DNA of 64,000 bases from an uncultured virus (IMG/VR IMGVR_UViG_3300027828_000031) (taxonomy: Duplodnaviria > Heunggongvirae > Uroviricota > Caudoviricetes), in IMG/VR virus record IMGVR_UViG_3300027828_000031; one strand, written 5' to 3'. A program made the position numbers and the translations under genes. Positions 56,358-64,000 of the stretch are shown here, piece by piece (within the stretch, counting starts at the first letter, position 1; each line of letters begins with the position of its first letter). The notes beneath the pieces are model-generated. The model saw nothing but the letters and a program-made list of their open reading frames with translations, was not told where the DNA came from and searched no databases.

Positions 56358-59033
56358 CTATTGTTCATTGAACATAAACTTCGTTTCTCCAATTCTTTGT
56401 GTGGGACCGTCCAAATATAAGCTAAATGGTATATCACGTTCACCATGTCTATTCTTATCAATTAATCCCTTAATATTCCCTACTACAGGTAGTGTGCCCT
56501 CATTAATCTCATCTTCTGTTCTACGCTTTAATGTAATATAGTTATCTGCATCTTGTGCTATTTCATATGATCCTGCACCATGTTCGGCACGTGCATCATC
56601 TTCGATCAGTGCTTGTTTGCTTAACTGCGACACCAATACGACAGCCACCTTGAACTCATTCGCTAATTGCTTCCATGCCTTTGAGATCAGTCCAAGCTCC
56701 TGATATCGCTGTTTCTTAGTGCCAGATATCATTTGCAATTGAACGTAATCGATAAAGATAACTTTAGCTTTGTATTTCATTATATGTCTACGAGCTATTG
56801 ACAATGCCTTTGATAAATCATGACCCTGATCTGCAATGTGTAATTTTGATTGTGCTAGTAATGCCGCCGCACCCTCTACTGATCTAAGTTCTTCCTGATC
56901 TACATGACCAGTACGTAACTTCTCTGATTCTACACCTGAGAGCATCGACATAAATCTAGTCGTACATTGTTCCTTAGTCATCTCAAGCGATAGCCATAAT
57001 GAATCTTCCAATTCAGTTTCTGGCGCTGTTATTGAAATATATTCTGCCCAGTTTTGGCATGTTACAGTCTTACCAACTGTTTGATTTCCAGCCACTACAG
57101 TGAGTGTAGCATCATCTAGTCCTAGTAGTGCTTTAGACATCCCATAGAATTTTGGTCCTAAATGTACTCCAACAAACTCAACAGGATTCTGTACTTTGTC
57201 ATAGAATTTCTCCATCCAATCCTGAGCTAACTTGAGTCCATCATCAGATTCTCTGTCTATATTGTTTTTATAGACTGTACTATAGATATCTGTAATACCT
57301 TGGTCTAATGTCATACGTGGATCTTTAGTTAGATCATTAAGTGACATTTCCATCATATTGATCTGTTGTTTTGCCGCTCTACGTATTAGCTTGTCTTCGA
57401 TATCGTCTACGAAAAATTCTACATCTCCATGTTTATCTAATAATTCTTTAATCCATTCATCAGTCAATATTTGATCCATACTTAAATTCTTAATAATTGT
57501 CCGTAGTTCTAGCACATCTTTATGACCATATTTTTGTAGTATGTCAAATAAATTACGATGTCTTGATAAATACCAATCTTGAGGATCAAATTGCTGTGAC
57601 ATATCAAGACAGAAGTCTTCATCTCTTAACATCTCACCAAGTACAATCTCTTCACCTTCGGGTGATGCCAATGATATATCATTAGTACATGCCACAGCCA
57701 AGTAATAATCCTCAACTTCATCGGTTGATATGCCTATCTTCGATGCCACATGTTGAATCATAATCTTCTTCATGAACGGATCATTGACTGCATTTATTAA
57801 CTCTTGAGCATCCCACATGAAATCAATATTCATAGTCTGCTTATTTAGTTCAGTGTATCTATCTGACATCTCCTCGTATAGAATATCAATTAGATATTGT
57901 GTTACATATACTGATGAGTCTAGTACTTCTTTGATTGCATCAAATCCATGCTGTCCAATATAGTCATCTGGGTCATAGCCCATAGGCAATAATGCTATTT
58001 TCAATCGGACATCTGTTTCGAATTTAAGATAATCTCGTGCTATCTTTTTAGTTCTAATACGACCAGCACTGTCACCATCAAATAATAATATAAGTGTATG
58101 GATTCTATACTTATCACACATATCATAAGTACGTTTATTAATTGTAGTTCCTAATGCACCAAATGTTGGAAATCCTGCTTGACTGACTTTCATAGTATCA
58201 GGTGCACCCTCAACTACAACCGCTTGGTTATTGTAATTATGCAACTTTCTGCGCATTATATCAAAGCCAAAGAATCTGTCTTCCTTACTATAGAGTGGGT
58301 GATCATCATCTGCGCCAATATATCTCTGCCCTTTCGTAGCGGCTTCAAATGGTCTCGATTGAAAATACCTCATCGCACCCCATGGTGTTGTTACTGGGAA
58401 TAGAATTGCATTATCAAATTGTTTCTTGGCTGTTGATCTGGTCTCTACTAAATGAAGTTCATTTTTGAATTGTGCTATACACCCATCCCAAGTTGTTACA
58501 CGTCCCATATTCATTCGGTCTGCATATCCAATTTTGTATTCCATGAGTGTATCTATTGTAAAACCACGACCTAGCATATAATCCATCGCTTGTGGATTTG
58601 AAAATAACTTCTGATGTGCAAATTCTCTAGCCATTCCATTATTTGCATATAGTTCGTTTTCGTATTTCTCTTCTTCTGTTAATTCTGCCATATATGGTTG
58701 TAGATCAAACCCCATAATATCAGCCGCAATAAACATAGCTTCAATATGTGATACTTTTTTAACTTCCTCAACATATTGGATATGATCACCACTTGCTCCA
58801 CACCCAAAACAGTAATAGAATCCTTTCTGTGGTTGCACAGTGAAGGATGGTGTTGTATCTTTCTCACCATCATCTCCTGTAGGATGTATATCCATATTAC
58901 ATCGCTTCTTATAGAGTTCATCACTGACACGTATCATAGCTGATTTATCTACGGCTTCTATAAATCTGTTTAATGGCATGAAGCTACATAATTGGTCACG
59001 CAAGCCCTGTATGTCTCTTAATTTACCCTGCAA
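56358..59033 (-). CDS. Fused DnaG primase-DnaB helicase
   Basis: TPSF..YCFGCG Zn finger, VEG/FDGDSAG/DPD TOPRIM; GKT, SLEM, IDYVQL, SQL, QDAD, KNRHG. Confidence 0.92.
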   Translation of the reverse strand: MQGKLRDIQGLRDQLCSFMPLNRFIEAVDKSAMIRVSDELYKKRCNMDIHPTGDDGEKDTTPSFTVQPQKGFYYCFGCGASGDHIQYVEEVKKVSHIEAMFIAADIMGFDLQPYMAELTEEEKYENELYANNGMAREFAHQKLFSNPQAMDYMLGRGFTIDTLMEYKIGYADRMNMGRVTTWDGCIAQFKNELHLVETRSTAKKQFDNAILFPVTTPWGAMRYFQSRPFEAATKGQRYIGADDDHPLYSKEDRFFGFDIMRRKLHNYNNQAVVVEGAPDTMKVSQAGFPTFGALGTTINKRTYDMCDKYRIHTLILLFDGDSAGRIRTKKIARDYLKFETDVRLKIALLPMGYDPDDYIGQHGFDAIKEVLDSSVYVTQYLIDILYEEMSDRYTELNKQTMNIDFMWDAQELINAVNDPFMKKIMIQHVASKIGISTDEVEDYYLAVACTNDISLASPEGEEIVLGEMLRDEDFCLDMSQQFDPQDWYLSRHRNLFDILQKYGHKDVLELRTIIKNLSMDQILTDEWIKELLDKHGDVEFFVDDIEDKLIRRAAKQQINMMEMSLNDLTKDPRMTLDQGITDIYSTVYKNNIDRESDDGLKLAQDWMEKFYDKVQNPVEFVGVHLGPKFYGMSKALLGLDDATLTVVAGNQTVGKTVTCQNWAEYISITAPETELEDSLWLSLEMTKEQCTTRFMSMLSGVESEKLRTGHVDQEELRSVEGAAALLAQSKLHIADQGHDLSKALSIARRHIMKYKAKVIFIDYVQLQMISGTKKQRYQELGLISKAWKQLANEFKVAVVLVSQLSKQALIEDDARAEHGAGSYEIAQDADNYITLKRRTEDEINEGTLPVVGNIKGLIDKNRHGERDIPFSLYLDGPTQRIGETKFMFNEQ

Positions 59034-59035
59034 AT

Positions 59036-59728
59036 CTATCGCCCCTTAATGTTTCTGATGTCTCGTTTCAATCTGGCATTCCCTATAAGTTCATTAAACC
59101 GACTCTTAGATGTATCTAATGTTTGCTGATCATGACCAGATGATTCATTGTTTTTATAGAACTTCTCATTATATGTTTCAGATATGAGCCTCTGTTTTAC
59201 TTTTTGAGCATCCAATTCAATGCCAATCTGTGTTGATTTGATGACTTCATACATATAGGCGAAATTGCGTTGTCCATCTGCCAAACATCTGTCTACTGCT
59301 TTCATGACCATCCTATATGAATATTTCTTAGTAGTGATCTCAAACATCTTATGTAGTGTATTATATGTCATGTCATCGTTCAATACCTTATCACATATGA
59401 TTTGATACATCATTATATTGGTTGCATAATCACCCTTCTCAGGATCTGGATTCTTAAATATTAACTTATCAAAAATTGGATTAACCGCGCCGCAGTTCGT
59501 AAGTTTCATCATGTCGCCATAAGTAAATAAATCACGTGCGCGTACTATATTACCCTTGGCAATGCATTTGTCTATAGCTTTTTCGATATGTTCTGCTCTA
59601 AGTTTAAGAACTAACTCATCCATTGTTAATGCTTCATTTGCATCGATTTCATATCTAAATCCATTGTTTATATTATATGAGGAGATCACATTAAGCAATC
59701 TCCTCGACTCTCTAGCCATATAAACCAT
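59036..59728 (-). CDS. Hypothetical replication-module protein
   Basis: Directly upstream of primase-helicase. Confidence 0.65.
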   Translation of the reverse strand: MVYMARESRRLLNVISSYNINNGFRYEIDANEALTMDELVLKLRAEHIEKAIDKCIAKGNIVRARDLFTYGDMMKLTNCGAVNPIFDKLIFKNPDPEKGDYATNIMMYQIICDKVLNDDMTYNTLHKMFEITTKKYSYRMVMKAVDRCLADGQRNFAYMYEVIKSTQIGIELDAQKVKQRLISETYNEKFYKNNESSGHDQQTLDTSKSRFNELIGNARLKRDIRNIKGR

Positions 59729-59731
59729 AAT

Positions 59732-60220
59732 CTAGCTCTTTCCTGAGGACTTCGCTTTTTCATTATGCTCATCAATCAATTGTTTTGCAAGATCCTCTAC
59801 TCTAGTAAAATCATCTATACCAACCAATTGTGCAATTGCACGCATGTAAAAATCTACCATAGTCATGCGCTGATTTAACATATTGTTTACTAAGTCCGCG
59901 GCTAATTGTCCTGTAATTGGACTAGTGAATTCTTCATATGCCTGTTTACCAGCTTGCACCATCACGTTCCAGTTGGTTGCTAATCCATTTTGAACTTTAC
60001 TTCTAATATCTGCTTTCAATGCTTTGTCTAATTTCTTCCATAGACGATATATGACTTTATTATTGTGATTAGTTTGTAGATCTATGATCATCTGGTATCC
60101 GATTACTGGACCTTGCTTATCCATAAATTTCAGCATTTCGAGTGGTGTTAAATCCACCATCTGATCAAATAATTCATCGTACTTCTTTCTTTGATTTTTA
60201 TCCATTACTACGTGTCCCAT
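59732..60220 (-). CDS. Hypothetical protein
   Basis: RBS AGGAGG. Confidence 0.65.
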   Translation of the reverse strand: MGHVVMDKNQRKKYDELFDQMVDLTPLEMLKFMDKQGPVIGYQMIIDLQTNHNNKVIYRLWKKLDKALKADIRSKVQNGLATNWNVMVQAGKQAYEEFTSPITGQLAADLVNNMLNQRMTMVDFYMRAIAQLVGIDDFTRVEDLAKQLIDEHNEKAKSSGKS

Positions 60221-60229
60221 AATAGCCTC

Positions 60230-61297
60230 CTATAGATATTGATTCCTAAGTTCTAGTGCATCTGTGATATTCTTCAATGAATTGTCAATTGATTGCATCG
60301 TTTTATTTAGTTCTTCAATCATTTGGAATAAGTTAATATTTGTGCCAATATTACCACCACCGCCACGTGCTCCGCGTCTCTTAATCTCAGCATCAACTGA
60401 TTCCTGTAATATCTGCGGTGGTCCTGAATAGTCTAACCCAGCCAATTTCCTCATCCATAGTGTATCTCTAGACGACCTAATTCCATCCTCTTTAGCTTTC
60501 TGGCTGTAATAGATATACTTATATTCAGTATATAGATGCTCAGGTATTGGATATTCTTCGATATTACCATTGAGTGTCATGAAGTAATCGCATGGCAATG
60601 ATTCAATAGACTCAAATAAATAAAGCCAGAATGTGTCCGCACTATCATCGCCGTAATACCATGTACTATTCATATATGGCGGATCCAAGAATACTAGATC
60701 ACCACCCTCGATATTATGCATTTGTAGAAATAAAAATTTGCTAACCTCATCATTATAGATAGATATTCTATCTTTAAATGGCTCAAGTGCATTATGCCAT
60801 GCCATTATATTAGATTCTACTGTGGATGGTGTTGCCATTCTTTTACCCCATGATGATACAAACTTGCCATCTTTATATTTAACCTCACCACGCATGGAAC
60901 CGCGAATTAAGGCATATAATAGATGATGTTTGTTGATATTATTGAGATTTATGATCTCGTCATCAGAGTCTGATACATCATTGTTATATTCAGCCTTTAC
61001 AGCTTCATAGAATAGTCCGCTCATATTGATAATATTATATAATCGTTCATAGTTATCTATGATCTCACTAGGTCTATATACTAGATCTCTCCATAATGCC
61101 ATCAGATCTTGGTTGATGTCATTGATTATAATATTGCCATTTATTTTGACTCTAGATAATATCTCTCGTAATTCTCCACCTGACCCGATAAATGGAATAA
61201 TCAGATTGTTGACTTCTGCTGGGAAATTATCTACGATATCTGCCGCCTGTTTCCGTTTAGATCCTGCCCATGGGATCCATCCTTTATATGCCATCAT
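60230..61297 (-). CDS. Dam-like (D12 class) DNA adenine methyltransferase
   Basis: PWAGSK, PFIGSG, INDIN, FLDPPY. Confidence 0.85.
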   Translation of the reverse strand: MMAYKGWIPWAGSKRKQAADIVDNFPAEVNNLIIPFIGSGGELREILSRVKINGNIIINDINQDLMALWRDLVYRPSEIIDNYERLYNIINMSGLFYEAVKAEYNNDVSDSDDEIINLNNINKHHLLYALIRGSMRGEVKYKDGKFVSSWGKRMATPSTVESNIMAWHNALEPFKDRISIYNDEVSKFLFLQMHNIEGGDLVFLDPPYMNSTWYYGDDSADTFWLYLFESIESLPCDYFMTLNGNIEEYPIPEHLYTEYKYIYYSQKAKEDGIRSSRDTLWMRKLAGLDYSGPPQILQESVDAEIKRRGARGGGGNIGTNINLFQMIEELNKTMQSIDNSLKNITDALELRNQYL

Positions 61298-61303
61298 ATC
61301 CTC

Positions 61304-61612
61304 CTATAATTTTGCAAATTCGTCTTCACGAGCCTCATAGATCTCACCAAGTACATCACCTACTGCACGCAATATTCGCTTCTGCTCATCTTTGGTGAAT
61401 ACTAAATGTGATGAATTGTCCCCATGATATTGATCACATAGTGTATATGTTGGATTCTTGCTGACAATTCTTAATGCTATACCACTACTGTCCATTGATG
61501 TTTCACATTCAATGAGTTTTTCAGTCATGGTCTTAATCTTCTCCATGTCATTAAATAATTGCTTTGATGCTTTTACCCTAGTCTCCATATATTCTAATGT
61601 TTTGATATCCAT
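61304..61612 (-). CDS. Hypothetical protein
   Basis: RBS AGGAGG. Confidence 0.6.
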   Translation of the reverse strand: MDIKTLEYMETRVKASKQLFNDMEKIKTMTEKLIECETSMDSSGIALRIVSKNPTYTLCDQYHGDNSSHLVFTKDEQKRILRAVGDVLGEIYEAREDEFAKL

Positions 61613-61869
61613 TACTTTTCCTCCTTATAACATTTATTACATATATGTTGTTTTAGTTTAGTATGATAGCATTTAGTTGGTTGATCGCATATATAACATG
61701 GATAAAATAATCTCTGTTGCATAATCACACTACCATCAAAACCCTTGCAATATCCAGATTTACGTAATGTGAACCCAAGCTGGCACTTCAAATCTGGCCT
61801 ATGGTGCCTCATAATCTGTAATGCATTTGTACATCTAGCACACTTAGAACACCATATCATATCATACAT
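61612..61869 (-). CDS. Small Cys-rich (Zn-binding) protein
   Basis: Ten Cys in CxxC arrays. Confidence 0.55.
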   Translation of the reverse strand: MYDMIWCSKCARCTNALQIMRHHRPDLKCQLGFTLRKSGYCKGFDGSVIMQQRLFYPCYICDQPTKCYHTKLKQHICNKCYKEEK

Positions 61870-63329
61870 TATTTTACCTCCTCAAATTTGAACTCGGGTT
61901 CCGTCTTCCAAATCTTAATCTTATTATTGATATGTTTATTAATAAATGGTGCATTGTCTCTGAACGTTGAAAATATCGCCTCTGTCTTGTCATCATGCAG
62001 TCTCATAATACGACCAATCCTTTGCAATGCTGTTGTCGACGATTTTCCAGCACCAGCTTCAACCACTGCCTCAAGTCTAGGTACATCCAATCCAACATCC
62101 GCTATTGACGATGCAATAACCAATGGTGCTTTACCATCTCTCATATCTTGGATTGTTTGCTCACGATGTTTCTTCCCTGATTTACCAGATATCATAAGTG
62201 CATCTATACCAAATGCTTTAAACATCTTCTGCAGAATTTCTCCATGTTTTATTTGAGTAATCAGCACCAATGTATTTAGACCATTTGCATGATGTCTTAA
62301 TGCTTCATTAACAACCTGCATATTTCTAGAATTGTTTTCAACAATTGCTGATTTATAAACTTGAGCATATGTTCTACCACTCCATATATTGTCTATTACA
62401 TCTATGATTTTAATTGTTGGTTGCATAAGCCATCCATCCCTAATTAAATCGGATGCAGTATTAAAAACTATGATCTCACCAAATGCGGCCCTGATCATCA
62501 TTGATCCTCCATCATCGCGCCAAGGACTAGCACTCAAGCCATATGCTCTACTTGCATTTTTAAACATTTGACGTGCGCCAAATGCTGTAGAACTACCAAC
62601 ACGCTGTGTTTCATCAAACAATACTAATCCAACTGTATGTGACCAATTGAGTATGTCTTTTTTATGTTGTTTAATATCCATTTTATCTTCATATCCATGA
62701 CCTTCTTCATCAAAGGCATATTTCTCATAGAATGACTTAGATAAGCACTGCGATAGAGTTTGTACAGTAGCAACAGTGATATCTTGTAGATTAACAATGC
62801 CACCGCCAATCTGTCCAATTTCAATCCCAAATGCGGCATGCAGTGTATCCATTACCTGCTTAAGTAAATCTAATGTATGAACTATAACTACGGCTCTACA
62901 GCCAATAGATTCTATAATACCAGCCATCATTACGGTCTTGCCCGAGCCAGTAGCAGATTGAATTATTCCACTTTTAGCAAATGTTGCCTTAATAATTGTT
63001 TCATTTTGATAGTCTCTAAATTGGAAGTTACATCTAGGATAAGATACTGGAGTACCATTTGAATATTGAAATACATACTCGTATTTATACTCATATCTAG
63101 TCAATAAACCAGATACTATATCCAATATGCCAGTTGGGAATGATTTTGTGTTAATATTAAATAGATGCTTACGACCATCCCATTTACCACATTTGCCACC
63201 CTTCTTCATAAAATGTTGTCCTTGAATCTCATATGAACATACTTCTTGAATTTTACTTAATGTGGCAGGGTCTATATGGCCTTCAATTATACAAACTGTA
63301 TTACTTACATTAATCTTGACTAATTGCAT
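61869..63329 (-). CDS. Superfamily 2 DNA helicase
   Basis: RDYQ, ATGSGKT, FDETQ, GLSASP, GLDVP, QRIGR. Confidence 0.9.
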   Translation of the reverse strand: MQLVKINVSNTVCIIEGHIDPATLSKIQEVCSYEIQGQHFMKKGGKCGKWDGRKHLFNINTKSFPTGILDIVSGLLTRYEYKYEYVFQYSNGTPVSYPRCNFQFRDYQNETIIKATFAKSGIIQSATGSGKTVMMAGIIESIGCRAVVIVHTLDLLKQVMDTLHAAFGIEIGQIGGGIVNLQDITVATVQTLSQCLSKSFYEKYAFDEEGHGYEDKMDIKQHKKDILNWSHTVGLVLFDETQRVGSSTAFGARQMFKNASRAYGLSASPWRDDGGSMMIRAAFGEIIVFNTASDLIRDGWLMQPTIKIIDVIDNIWSGRTYAQVYKSAIVENNSRNMQVVNEALRHHANGLNTLVLITQIKHGEILQKMFKAFGIDALMISGKSGKKHREQTIQDMRDGKAPLVIASSIADVGLDVPRLEAVVEAGAGKSSTTALQRIGRIMRLHDDKTEAIFSTFRDNAPFINKHINNKIKIWKTEPEFKFEEVK

Positions 63330-63939
63330 TCTCTTTCACTTCCTTCCATCTATCCTTATTGATACTATGGATAGCGGTAGTGAATTGCTTAAGTGTCATA
63401 ATGACATAAACTTTGCCTTTGAATTTAAAATAGACACAACATTTTGGTTGCTTATAAAAATTCTTGATGTTTAGTCTATCAGCCATTTCGATTTCTGAAA
63501 TATAAAGGTTCTTTATCTTGTTATTCATCTGGATTTCTAACATCAATGGCAGTGTTGCGTCTGCATGGATCATCTTGAGCATAGTTGTATTATTAATCAT
63601 AACAAATCCAAATGGTACCTTTGGTCTAGAGAATGCAAAGAACCATTCTGCTCCATAGATTTCACATTCATCTTCAATTTGTTCTATATCTTCGATTGGT
63701 ATTTTGTGTCTAGGTTTAAGCTCTGATGGAACAATTCTCTTTTTTGCCTCACCTAGCCAATTACAGGGACCAGTGCCCTCATTGTCTCTAATATCTCCCC
63801 ATCCAAACCTTGAATTTGAACCGGAATATGGTACTACATACATATTAAGGGACTTAGCTATCTTCTTTTCGAAAGCCTTGCCCCTCTTGCGATTATTGGC
63901 ATTTTTCCGTGCCAATGGACTCTTTTTCTTCTTTGCCAT
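63310..63939 (-). CDS. PD-(D/E)XK Holliday junction resolvase-like nuclease
   Basis: RGKAFE, GDI, GEAK. Confidence 0.7.
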   Translation of the reverse strand: MAKKKKSPLARKNANNRKRGKAFEKKIAKSLNMYVVPYSGSNSRFGWGDIRDNEGTGPCNWLGEAKKRIVPSELKPRHKIPIEDIEQIEDECEIYGAEWFFAFSRPKVPFGFVMINNTTMLKMIHADATLPLMLEIQMNNKIKNLYISEIEMADRLNIKNFYKQPKCCVYFKFKGKVYVIMTLKQFTTAIHSINKDRWKEVKENAISQD

Positions 63940-64000
63940 TTTATTGCCTCCTAGATAAGGAGGGTGCCACTAGGGCACCCATTAGATTATTCAATACCTA

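Noticed and set aside
1..64000. tRNA genes, stop-codon reassignment, integrase
   Set aside because: No cloverleaf or T-loop consensus noticed in intergenic gaps; long conserved genes are intact under the standard code; no recombinase motifs, so lifestyle cannot be called.

Overview
The window is part of a tailed dsDNA phage genome with contractile-tail (myovirus-type) genes. The host is most likely an anaerobic Firmicute: AGGAGG RBSs, sigmaA-type promoters, class III RNR, an NLQLFA Prp motif, and 3D and copper-amine-oxidase-N domains. Layout: (i) 1-19,250, minus strand: nucleotide metabolism (partial PurZ-type adenylosuccinate synthetase, dNMP kinase, ThyX), nuclease, sigma-like factors and early hypothetical genes behind four near-identical strong promoter cassettes; (ii) 19,393-44,392, plus strand: terminase, head, tail, baseplate, fibre, two papain-fold peptidases, holin and amidase; (iii) 44,525-63,939, minus strand: ligase, RNase H, HIRAN, a DnaE polymerase split into two genes, sigma factor, dUTPase, NrdDG, Adk, primase-helicase, adenine MTase, SF2 helicase and resolvase. 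Main leads: a PurZ-signature gene alongside a split family-C polymerase (candidate atypical Z-genome), a four-member paralogous protein family (SGQxxKP motif), repeated early promoter cassettes, a ~650 nt structured non-coding region, two homologous hairpin/repeat cis-elements, and near-total avoidance of GCWGC. All calls are by-eye motif recognition; no database search or folding computation was run.
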